NCBI GenBank assembly: GCA_020860605.1
Contig: JAJBTZ010000011.1
Coordinates: forward strand, 2,230-66,229
Direction: 5' to 3'
From: Ruminococcus sp.
GTDB taxonomy: Bacteria; Bacillota; Clostridia; Oscillospirales; Ruminococcaceae
Length of the DNA stretch: 64,000 nt
Positions 18,603 to 26,754 of the stretch are shown here, one piece after another. The notes beneath the pieces were generated by a model. The model saw only the letters and a program-made list of their open reading frames with translations. It did no database searches and was not told where the DNA came from. The first letter of the stretch is position 1. The number at the start of each line of letters is the position of its first letter. The position numbers and the translations under genes were made by a program.

Positions 18603-19172
18603 TTATTCATTTGTATCGATTGCGCTGCGGTATGCCCACAGATATTGGATGCCTGAAACCATCGTCAGTATAGCTGCGACCCAGACAAGCAGGTTATCGA
18701 TGACGCTTACTACTGTGCCATCGAGGCCTACTCCCACAGCCATGATGCCGTGGATGAACAGGGTCACGACTATCGCGACCATTGTGAAGGCGGTCTTGAC
18801 CTTTCCGAGCCAGCCTGCTGCGACGACGGTGCCGTCGCCAGATTTGACGACGAGGCGAAGTGCCGAAACCATGAATTCTCTGAAGAGAATCAGCATGACT
18901 GGAACTGAGCTGACCCAGCTCTTGTCAACGAAAACGAGAAGCGCTGCCATTACTAGAGCTTTGTCAGCGAGTGGATCCAGGAACTTGCCGAAGTTTGTGA
19001 TCAGGTTTCTCGAACGGGCGATTTTGCCGTCCAGCATATCAGTGATGGAGGCGACTGCGAATATCAGAAGCGCTATGAGAAGATTCACGCTTGAGAACTC
19101 CCACAAGGCGAAGAGTACGAAAAATGGGATTAAGATTACTCTTAGAAGTGTCAGTTTATTTGGTAGGTTCAT
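18603..19172 (-). CDS. pgsA: CDP-diacylglycerol--glycerol-3-phosphate 3-phosphatidyltransferase
   Basis: 189 aa. CDP-alcohol phosphatidyltransferase motif DMLDGKIAR..G..LDPLADK. Confidence 0.85.
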   Translation of the reverse strand: MNLPNKLTLLRVILIPFFVLFALWEFSSVNLLIALLIFAVASITDMLDGKIARSRNLITNFGKFLDPLADKALVMAALLVFVDKSWVSSVPVMLILFREFMVSALRLVVKSGDGTVVAAGWLGKVKTAFTMVAIVVTLFIHGIMAVGVGLDGTVVSVIDNLLVWVAAILTMVSGIQYLWAYRSAIDTNE

Positions 19173-19189
19173 ACTATTATCCTCCGATA

Positions 19190-19326
19190 GCGCGCTTCGC
19201 GCGCCCTCTCAGTCAGCCACTTCGTGGCTGCCAGCTCTCCCAGAGGGAGAGCCAAGATTTCCTGCGAGGCTCACTTCTTGGCTCCCCCTTTGGGGGAGCT
19301 GTCGCCGAAGGCGACTGAGAGGGCGC
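19190..19326. other. nested hairpin array closed by a 14-bp perfect stem (array B)
   Basis: GCGCCCTCTCAGTC (19201-19214) pairs perfectly with GACTGAGAGGGCGC (19313-19326). Internal perfect hairpins lie at 19215-19229, 19234-19252, 19281-19299 and 19301-19315, with another at 19190-19204. Confidence 0.8.
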
Positions 19327-19341
19327 ACCCGCAGGGCGCGT

Positions 19342-20676
19342 TCAGGTTGCCAGAATAACTTCGCCGATCGGGTCGTAGTCCATAGTGTCGGTGATCTGGA
19401 CGTACTGATAGTCGCCGACCTTCAGAGGGATTGAAGATGTGAAGAATATCTTGCCGTCGATTTCAGGAACCTCGTTAGCGCTCCGACCGAACCAGCACTC
19501 GGCATAGCGGTCGTAGCCTTCGACGACTACTTCGTAGACCTTACCAAGCATTTCTTGAGTCATCTGGTCGCTCACGAGCATCTGCTCCTGAGTGAGAATC
19601 TCAGCACGGCGGTTCTTTTCGTCCTCATCGAGCTGGCCATCGAGCTTCGCAGCTGCGGTGCCCTCCTCCTGAGAGTAGGCGAAGCAGCCGAGGCGGTCAA
19701 ACCGCATCTCCTTGACGAATTCGCAGAGCTTGTCGAATTCCTCTTCGGTTTCGCCAGGGAAACCGACCATCAGAGTCGTTCTGATGATGACGTTCGGGAT
19801 TCGCTCGCGGAGCTTCTTGACGAGAGCTCTTATCTCAGCTTCGTTTGAATGGCGGTTCATCCGCTTCAGGACCCTGTCGCAGCAGTGCTGGATCGGGATG
19901 TCGAAGTATTTGACACACTTCGGCTCTGAGGCAACAACGTCGATGAGCTCGTCGGTGATGCGTTCAGGGTAGCAATAAAGGGTTCTTATCCACTTGAGGC
20001 CTTCTATCTTGCAGAGTTCCCTTAAGAGCTCAGCAAGCTTCTGGGTGCCATAGAGGTCTTCGCCATAGCGGGAAGTATCTTGAGCTATTAAAATTATCTC
20101 GCGATAGCCGACTTTGGCGAGCCACTTGGCCTCATCGATGATGCTCTCCATCGGCCTCGAGCGGAAGTTGCCACGGATGCCAGGGATTGCACAGAAAGTG
20201 CAATGGTTGCTGCAGCCTTCGGCGATCTTTATGTAGGCATAAGTCTCGGTCGAGACAATTCTTCTGCCACCCAAAAGGAGCGAATACTTGTCGCCGTACA
20301 TTTCGATGTCCGAGTTGCCCTCCAGAACCTTTCTTATAGTCTCACCAAGGAGCTCGTTCGCGCCGATTCCTAAGACGGCATCGACCTCTGGGAGCTCTTT
20401 CAGGATTTCTTCGCGATAGCGCTCGGCAAGGCAGCCTGTGACGATTATCGCCTTGATTCGCTTTTCTTCCTTGAGGGCGACGAATTCGAGTATTGTCTCG
20501 ATTGCCTCCTGCTTTGCCGACTCGATGAAGCCACAGGTGTTGATTACTGCGACATCTGCGAGTGCAGCGTCAGGCTGGAGCTCGAACCCCTCTTCCCTTA
20601 AATTATAAGCCATATGCTCAGCGTCGAGCATGTTTTTGGCACAGCCTAATGACACTATTCCGACTGTTACAGCCAT
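19342..20676 (-). CDS. rimO: ribosomal protein S12 methylthiotransferase (radical SAM MTTase)
   Basis: 444 aa. N-terminal SLGCAKN, radical SAM CSNHCTFC and a C-terminal TRAM-like domain. rimO-pgsA synteny. Confidence 0.75.
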   Translation of the reverse strand: MAVTVGIVSLGCAKNMLDAEHMAYNLREEGFELQPDAALADVAVINTCGFIESAKQEAIETILEFVALKEEKRIKAIIVTGCLAERYREEILKELPEVDAVLGIGANELLGETIRKVLEGNSDIEMYGDKYSLLLGGRRIVSTETYAYIKIAEGCSNHCTFCAIPGIRGNFRSRPMESIIDEAKWLAKVGYREIILIAQDTSRYGEDLYGTQKLAELLRELCKIEGLKWIRTLYCYPERITDELIDVVASEPKCVKYFDIPIQHCCDRVLKRMNRHSNEAEIRALVKKLRERIPNVIIRTTLMVGFPGETEEEFDKLCEFVKEMRFDRLGCFAYSQEEGTAAAKLDGQLDEDEKNRRAEILTQEQMLVSDQMTQEMLGKVYEVVVEGYDRYAECWFGRSANEVPEIDGKIFFTSSIPLKVGDYQYVQITDTMDYDPIGEVILAT

Positions 20677-21303
20677 TTACTCCTCTCCTTCTTCCATTCC
20701 GTCTTCGTATTCAGCCAGGGCCTTGTTGACCTCCGAAAAGGAGTAGCCCTGGCGGACTAAAGCTGCCTTGACCTTCTGAACTCCTTTTTCGTCGGTTAAG
20801 TACCTTGCATATTTTTTGTCTATAATCTCAGCGATCCGCTCGGGAACTGAGTCCTCATAGGGCTCGAGAGCCTCGGTGATCAGGTCATTCGAGATGCCGC
20901 GCTTCCGCATTTCCTCTCTTGCCCGTCTCAGACCAAAGCGTTTCGTCACGCAGTAGTGCTCGGCAAGATGCTCGGAATATCGCCTGTCGTTGATGCAGCC
21001 GATTTCCGAAAGGCGATTGCAGACCTCGAGGCAGATGTCCTCATCGTAATTATTCTCAAGCTTTTTATAGAGCTCGATATAGGAGTAGTCGCGATCGTCC
21101 AAGAGATATAGCGCTCGCTCCTTCGCGCGCCTGAAATCGTTGGCGTGGATAATCTCCGAAACGGCACCCTCAGGGATGACCATGTCCTTCTGGAGGTTAT
21201 ACTCGTTCAGGACGTCAACATTAATGAACAAAGGCTCGCCCTCGTCAAGGTCAACTCGCATGGTGGAGCCTTTGTATTTTTCGATGGATGTTATGGTGGG
21301 CAT
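20677..21303 (-). CDS. recX: recombination regulator RecX
   Basis: 208-aa helical-repeat protein directly downstream of recA. Confidence 0.75.
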   Translation of the reverse strand: MPTITSIEKYKGSTMRVDLDEGEPLFINVDVLNEYNLQKDMVIPEGAVSEIIHANDFRRAKERALYLLDDRDYSYIELYKKLENNYDEDICLEVCNRLSEIGCINDRRYSEHLAEHYCVTKRFGLRRAREEMRKRGISNDLITEALEPYEDSVPERIAEIIDKKYARYLTDEKGVQKVKAALVRQGYSFSEVNKALAEYEDGMEEGEE

Positions 21304-21340
21304 AGCTTATTCTCCTTGCCCAATTTTTTAATGGGATAGC

Positions 21341-21364
21341 GGGCGGATGATATCCGCCCCTACA
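21341..21364 (+). repeat. REP-like palindromic element copy 5
   Basis: Identical 24-mer that starts immediately after the recA stop codon, in the recA-recX spacer. Confidence 0.85.
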
Positions 21365-22549
21365 TTATTCAGCTGGTGTGAACTCCTCGAAGTCTTCCTC
21401 ATCGGGTTCTACTATTACCGAAGTGGGCTTTGGGGTTGGAGCTTCGGATGACTGGGCGGTGTCGGCAGCTTCTCGGAGAGCTGCTTCTTTTTTGTTCCTG
21501 CCAGAGAGCATCGAGACGTTGGAGCGCTGCTCCTTGATTTTGTCCTCGACCTCCTGCATGATGTCAGGGTTGGCGAGGAGATATTCCTTGGTCTTCTCTC
21601 TTCCCTGCCCGATCTTTTCGCCGTTATAGCTGAACCAGGCGCCTGCTTTGTGGATGATATCGAGCTCGACGGCAACGTCGACAACCTCGCCAATACGGGA
21701 GATTCCCTTGCCGAAAATCATGTCGAACTCGGCTTCCTTGAATGGAGGCGCAACTTTGTTCTTGACAACTTTGCAACGGGTTCTGTTACCGATAACCTCG
21801 GTGCCGTTCTTGATGGCTTCGCCTTTTCTAACATCGATTCTGACGGAAGCGTAGAACTTGAGGGCACGGCCACCAGGCGTGGTCTCAGGGTTTCCATAGA
21901 TAACGCCGATTTTCTCACGGATCTGGTTGATGAAAATCGCGACGCAGTTCGACTTCGAGATGACTGATGTAAGCTTTCTCATCGCCTGAGACATGAGGCG
22001 GGCCAACTGTCCCACATGCGTGTCGCCCATTTCGCCGTCGATTTCGGCTTTTGTGACCATCGCAGCGACAGAGTCGAGGACTATTACGTCGATGGCGCCC
22101 GAACGAACGAGAGCTTCGGCAATTTCGAGAGCCTGCTCGCCGGAGTCCGGCTGGGACACGAGCATTGAGTCGATGTCGACTCCCAGAGCTGCTGCATAAG
22201 TCGGGTCGAGAGCGTGCTCAACGTCTATAAAAGCAACCTCACCGCCGAGCTTCTGAGCCTCAGCGATAATCGAGAGGGCGACAGTCGTCTTGCCGGAGCT
22301 TTCAGGGCCAAAAATCTCGACGATTCTTCCTCTCGGAACACCGCCGATGCCGAGAGCCATGTCAAGGGTCATCGAGCCTGTCGGTATAGCCTCGACGTTG
22401 AGAGTGGAGTTCTGCCCCAAGCGCATTACAGCGCCGGCACCATAGGTCTTCTCAATCTGCGCTATCGCAGTTTCGAGAGCCTTCTTTTTCTCCTCCTGAT
22501 TCTGCGGGTCCGCAACGGTCTTCTTCTCAGCAGTCTTCTTCATTGCCAT
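21365..22549 (-). CDS. recA: recombinase RecA
   Basis: 394 aa. GPESSGKTT Walker A, the conserved RecA core, and an acidic low-complexity C-terminal tail. Confidence 0.97.
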   Translation of the reverse strand: MAMKKTAEKKTVADPQNQEEKKKALETAIAQIEKTYGAGAVMRLGQNSTLNVEAIPTGSMTLDMALGIGGVPRGRIVEIFGPESSGKTTVALSIIAEAQKLGGEVAFIDVEHALDPTYAAALGVDIDSMLVSQPDSGEQALEIAEALVRSGAIDVIVLDSVAAMVTKAEIDGEMGDTHVGQLARLMSQAMRKLTSVISKSNCVAIFINQIREKIGVIYGNPETTPGGRALKFYASVRIDVRKGEAIKNGTEVIGNRTRCKVVKNKVAPPFKEAEFDMIFGKGISRIGEVVDVAVELDIIHKAGAWFSYNGEKIGQGREKTKEYLLANPDIMQEVEDKIKEQRSNVSMLSGRNKKEAALREAADTAQSSEAPTPKPTSVIVEPDEEDFEEFTPAE

Positions 22550-22578
22550 ATCGTTTTCCTCGTTTCTATTTGATATTT

Positions 22579-22592
22579 GGTACTTTTGTACC
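22579..22592. promoter_or_regulatory. palindrome GGTAC-N4-GTACC just downstream of the recA -10 box (candidate operator)
   Basis: 5-bp inverted arms with a 4-nt spacer, the same geometry as the GAAC-N4-GTTC LexA box but with different arm sequence. Confidence 0.3.
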
Positions 22593-22605
22593 GTTCTTTT
22601 TCTAT

Positions 22606-22634
22606 ATTATACACTATCAGTGTGAGTTTGTAAA
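22606..22634 (-). promoter_or_regulatory. sigma-A-type promoter for recA
   Basis: Minus strand: TTTACA (22634-22629), a 17-nt spacer, then TATAAT (22611-22606). Confidence 0.6.
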
Positions 22635-22718
22635 GAGTTTTGGGTACGGAAAATTGGACTTCAAAAGATTTTTCTCAGCTCTGCCAATTGTGTCACCGCC
22701 GGTGACACAATTTACTCA

Positions 22719-23564
22719 TTAAAGCTTTGCAACAACCGTCCTATCCTTCCCGCACAAATCCTGAATAATTCTCACGTTCTTATATCCCACATCTTCGAGA
22801 ATTTCCTTCACCGCTTCGCCCTGGCTTGCGCCTATCTCGAAGGCGATGTAGCCGTCTTGCTTGAGAGATGGTTTCCAGATTATCGGGAGCTTGCGATAGA
22901 AGTCGAGGCCGTCGGGGCCTCCGTAGAGGGCGGTGACGGGCTCGTGGGTGACTTCGGGTTGGAGGGCTTGCATGTCCTGCTCCGTCAGGTATGGCGGGTT
23001 GCAGGTTATCAGGTCGAAATCCCGGAATTCTTTCACAGAATCCGGGCTCAGAACGTCGAGTTTATGGGGGATGACGCGGTTTCCGTGATCGGAAATGTTC
23101 TTTTCGAGATAGCTGTAGGCGTCGTCGTAGAGCTCGACAGCGTGGACTTCGGATTCAGGGAGAAGCTCCGAAAGAGTTATCGCTATGCAGCCGGTGCCGG
23201 AGCAGAGGTCGAGAATTTTCGGGCTTTTAATATCTTTCACGAGCCTGAGCGCCGATTCTACGAGGGTTTCGGTGTCTTGTCTTGGGATCAGGACTCCCTC
23301 TCCTACCGAAAACTCGCCTCGGTAGAAGTCCCAACGGCCTACTATATACTGCAGCGGTTCGCCTGAGAGGCGACGGCGAAGCATTTCCTGAAGCCTTGAT
23401 GCTTCGGACTCGGTTTCTTCCCTTTTGAGAGCACCTGTCATAAGCTTAAGCCTGAAATCTCTGCCGAAAATCTCTTCGAAGATTACGTCTGTCTCGAAGG
23501 GGGAGTCTTCGATTCCATGAGATTCGAGCTCTTGCAGGGTGTTCTCGTAAAGCGAGTTTACCAT
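22719..23564 (-). CDS. prmC: peptide chain release factor N5-glutamine methyltransferase
   Basis: 281 aa. SAM motif LDLCSGTGCI and NPPY motif (ITCNPPYL). Confidence 0.85.
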   Translation of the reverse strand: MVNSLYENTLQELESHGIEDSPFETDVIFEEIFGRDFRLKLMTGALKREETESEASRLQEMLRRRLSGEPLQYIVGRWDFYRGEFSVGEGVLIPRQDTETLVESALRLVKDIKSPKILDLCSGTGCIAITLSELLPESEVHAVELYDDAYSYLEKNISDHGNRVIPHKLDVLSPDSVKEFRDFDLITCNPPYLTEQDMQALQPEVTHEPVTALYGGPDGLDFYRKLPIIWKPSLKQDGYIAFEIGASQGEAVKEILEDVGYKNVRIIQDLCGKDRTVVAKL

Positions 23565-24523
23565 CTGTCGCGTTCTCTGTCCTCAGGGATGCAGGGCTTG
23601 AAGGCTGCGATGGCGACTTCGATCTGGGAGTCGTCTGGCTCCTTCGTGGTGAGTCTCTGGATCCAGAGTCCGGGAGCGGAGATTATCTTCGTGAAAATGT
23701 TATCATACTTGCCGGCAAGGCGGATGAGCTCGTAGGCGATCGCGACGATTATCGGAAGAAGGATGATGTGAGCGCCAACTCTCAGAAGAAGCGAATCCCA
23801 CGGAACCTGGAAGATCGAGAATACGAAGATTGAGATGAAGAGGACTAAGAATGTGAACGAAGTGCCACACCTGGGATGGAAGCGCTTCTGCTTCTTAACA
23901 TTTTCGACGGTGAGGTCGAGGCCGTGCTCATAGCAGAAGATGGTCTTGTGCTCGGCGCCGTGATATTCATAGGTTCTTCTCATATCCGAGAGAAGGCTCG
24001 TTGCCCAGAGATAGACGACGAAGATGCCGATTTTAATGATACCTTCGATGATGTTCTTGACAAATGTCAGCTCGGCGAGTGCAGGGATAAGGTATGAAAC
24101 GCCTCTTGTGGCGAGTGCCGGGAGATACATGAAGAGTAAGAGCGCCAGGCACACTCCCAGAACTGTTGCTATGACCATGACGGCATTCATCAGCTTGTCG
24201 CCGAACTTGTCAGTGAGCCACTTTTCGAACTTTGAAGGCTCTTCCTCCTCGACTCCCTCCATCGACTTGTCGGCAGACTTCGAGAGGCACTTGTAGCCGT
24301 CTATAAAGCTCACTACCATATTGACGCAGCCGCGGATAAACGGGACCTTTCTATACCATTTTGCGGGTTTAAGCTCCCACGTTTCAACCTCGATTTCACC
24401 ATTCGGAAGCCTTACAGCCATTGCTTCGGTGTCGACGCCCTTCATCATAATTCCCTCTATAAGCGCCTGCCCGCCGATTTTCGACTTGAATGCAGGCTCG
24501 TTATTTGCTTCTTTTTTGCTCAT
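23558..24523 (-). CDS. DUF1385 (YqhQ-like) membrane protein
   Basis: ATG 24523 (MSKKEANN) after AGGAGGA. IGGQALIEGIMMKG N-terminus typical of DUF1385, which commonly precedes prmC. Confidence 0.7.
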   Translation of the reverse strand: MSKKEANNEPAFKSKIGGQALIEGIMMKGVDTEAMAVRLPNGEIEVETWELKPAKWYRKVPFIRGCVNMVVSFIDGYKCLSKSADKSMEGVEEEEPSKFEKWLTDKFGDKLMNAVMVIATVLGVCLALLLFMYLPALATRGVSYLIPALAELTFVKNIIEGIIKIGIFVVYLWATSLLSDMRRTYEYHGAEHKTIFCYEHGLDLTVENVKKQKRFHPRCGTSFTFLVLFISIFVFSIFQVPWDSLLLRVGAHIILLPIIVAIAYELIRLAGKYDNIFTKIISAPGLWIQRLTTKEPDDSQIEVAIAAFKPCIPEDRERDRW

Positions 24524-24575
24524 TAGATCCTCCTGTTTACATAATTTGGCAGTACAAATGCCGTGCCCTTTGGGC

Positions 24576-24599
24576 GGGCGGATAATATCCGCCCCTACA
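24576..24599 (+). repeat. REP-like palindromic element copy 6 (loop variant GGGCGGATAATATCCGCCCCTACA)
   Basis: Lies between the histidine kinase stop and the DUF1385 start. Confidence 0.85.
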
Positions 24600-24603
24600 A
24601 TCT

Positions 24604-26019
24604 TTAAAACTGTTCCGTAATCGGCAGGGTGATGCATACTGTCGTGCCCTTGCTGAGTTCGCTGTTGATGGTTAAGCTTCCGCCATGCATTTCGACAATT
24701 TCGTTGGCGACTGCCAGACCGATGCCTGAGCCACGGCGTGTGTGATTTGCTTTGTAGAACTTGGTTTTGACCTTCGGGAGGTCCTGGGGAGAGATTCCCA
24801 CGCCAGTGTCCGATATGAGGACAACTATTTCCTTGTTCTTTTCGAATGCCTCGACTGAAACCGTGTCGCCCGAATTTGAGTACTTCACGGCGTTGTCGAT
24901 TATGTTTATGAAAACTTGTCTGAGTCGGGAACGGTCGCCATAGACGAACGGGAGCATTTCCGGCTCGTAGTATTCAAGTTTTATTCCAAGTGATTTAGCC
25001 CGCTCGCCATAGATGAGGACCGCTTCGCCGAGCTCCGCCAAAATATCGCAGGTCTCGCGATTGAGGGTGAATCTGCCGTCCTCGATTCGGGAGAAGTCTA
25101 ATAGCTCCTCGACCATGTCGGAAAGGCGCTCGGTTTCACCTGTGATGACCTTCATGGCTTTCTGGATAGTTTCCGGGTCGTCGGACATTTCAAGTGCCGT
25201 CTCGCTCCAGCCTTTTATCGCTGTTAATGGCGTTCTCAGTTCATGGGAAACGGACGAGATGAACTCGTTTTTGACCTTGTCTGAATTCTCGAGCTCGGTA
25301 GCCATGTAGTTTATCGACTCAGCAAGCTCGCCTATTTCGTCTGAGGTCTTCGGGTCGATTCTCTCACGGAAGTCGCCTTCGGCGTACTTTTTCGAGATAT
25401 CACACATCTGCCGGACGGGAACGACTATCGAGCGGACAAACGACAGTCCCGCAAAGAGCATGAGAAGTATTATCGCAAGGAGTGAGGCAGTCAGGACTAT
25501 CCCTATTTTCAGGATCTGATTATCTATAAGATCTATTGATGTGAAGAGCATCAGGGCGCCATATTCGCTCTGAAGCGATCTTAGGATCACCGTGTAGCAC
25601 ATGACCTTTTCGCCACTCGAGAGGGTAAGCGTTTCGCAATACTCCCCTTCCTCAGACTCGAGAGCCTTTTCGTAACCGCTTAAGTCGAGCCAGTCTGATG
25701 GCTGGAAGCCTGAGCTTGTGAGGAGGACCTCTCCTGAGGTGCTGAGAGCTATGAGCTCATATTTCTCCTTCTCGTCGAATTCGGTCACTGACGACTCAAT
25801 CTCGCTCTCGAGGCCGGAAACAGTCTGGTATCTCGAAAGCGGAGAGACGACCGATTCGAGCTTGACGGTCAGGTTCTGCTCGGCAGCGTTAGTGTAGTAA
25901 TTGCTGAAAATGACAAGCGTAAGGACGTCAACCACGAGGAGCACCAGAAGTACGATGCCCATCGAGTTAACAAGCCACCTGCCAGTTATACTCTGCCTGA
26001 TTCTTTTTTTCAGCATCAA
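24604..26019 (-). CDS. sensor histidine kinase
   Basis: Two TM helices, a HAMP region, H-box SHELRTPLT, and N/G boxes (DNAVKYS, GSGIGLA). Confidence 0.85.
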   Translation of the reverse strand: MMLKKRIRQSITGRWLVNSMGIVLLVLLVVDVLTLVIFSNYYTNAAEQNLTVKLESVVSPLSRYQTVSGLESEIESSVTEFDEKEKYELIALSTSGEVLLTSSGFQPSDWLDLSGYEKALESEEGEYCETLTLSSGEKVMCYTVILRSLQSEYGALMLFTSIDLIDNQILKIGIVLTASLLAIILLMLFAGLSFVRSIVVPVRQMCDISKKYAEGDFRERIDPKTSDEIGELAESINYMATELENSDKVKNEFISSVSHELRTPLTAIKGWSETALEMSDDPETIQKAMKVITGETERLSDMVEELLDFSRIEDGRFTLNRETCDILAELGEAVLIYGERAKSLGIKLEYYEPEMLPFVYGDRSRLRQVFINIIDNAVKYSNSGDTVSVEAFEKNKEIVVLISDTGVGISPQDLPKVKTKFYKANHTRRGSGIGLAVANEIVEMHGGSLTINSELSKGTTVCITLPITEQF

Positions 26020-26029
26020 CGCTCAACTC

Positions 26030-26734
26030 TCATTCGCCGGAGCTCCATTTGTAGCCATAGCCCCAGATTGTGATTATGTACTTGGGGCTGGAGGGCTCGT
26101 CCTCTATCTTCATTCTGATTCTACGGATGTTCACGTCGACGATCTTCTCTTCGCCGTAGTAGTTTTCGCCCCAGATTTGCTTCAAAATAGTAATCCGATC
26201 GAGGGCTGTGTTCTGGTTCTTTAAAAAGAACTCCATTATCTGATATTCGACCTGTGTGAGGTCTACCGGCTTTCCGTTCTTCAGGAGAACCCGGCTCTTT
26301 AGGTTTATTACAAACGGCCCGGAGGTTATCTCGTCGCCCTTATCTGCCTTGGTGGAGTCCATGAGGCTGACTCTTCTGCAGATGGCGTCGACACGAGCCA
26401 CCAATTCCGAAATCGAGAAGGGCTTTGTGATGTAGTCGTCGGCTCCCATCATGAGGGAGGAGACCTTGTCCATCTCCTGACTCTTGGCCGAAAGCATGAT
26501 TATGCCTATCTTAGCGCTTCTTTCGCGGAGGCTCTTGCAGACAGCGAAGCCGTCCATTCCGGGCATCATGATATCGAGTAGCGCTGCATCGAAATCGCCA
26601 CCGGCATCGTCAAACGCCTTGATGGCATCCTCGCCACAGTTGACGTCGACGACATCATAACCGCTTCTTTTGAGATTGAGAACGACGAATTCTCTTATCG
26701 AATCCTCATCCTCGCAGACCAAAACACGCTTCAT
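26030..26734 (-). CDS. OmpR-family response regulator
   Basis: Receiver domain (VCEDEDSI, LLDIMMPGMDG) plus a winged-helix output domain (IWGYGYKW). Confidence 0.9.
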   Translation of the reverse strand: MKRVLVCEDEDSIREFVVLNLKRSGYDVVDVNCGEDAIKAFDDAGGDFDAALLDIMMPGMDGFAVCKSLRERSAKIGIIMLSAKSQEMDKVSSLMMGADDYITKPFSISELVARVDAICRRVSLMDSTKADKGDEITSGPFVINLKSRVLLKNGKPVDLTQVEYQIMEFFLKNQNTALDRITILKQIWGENYYGEEKIVDVNIRRIRMKIEDEPSSPKYIITIWGYGYKWSSGE

Positions 26735-26754
26735 GCAAAATTCTCCTTAATCTG

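Noticed and set aside
18496-19434. 312-aa plus-strand ORF spanning the GH5 start, pgsA and the rimO end
   Set aside because: It is antisense to three well-supported genes. It is low-complexity (Ser/Thr/Arg/Ala rich), runs through an intergenic hairpin array and has no RBS. It is a typical shadow ORF in GC-richer DNA.
22686-22712. Perfect 12-bp palindrome AATTGTGTCACC-gcc-GGTGACACAATT just after the prmC stop, considered as a special regulatory site
   Set aside because: Its position fits a simple prmC terminator or stabiliser hairpin, although it lacks a T-run. There is a single copy and no shared motif with the other repeat families. It is noted but not pursued.
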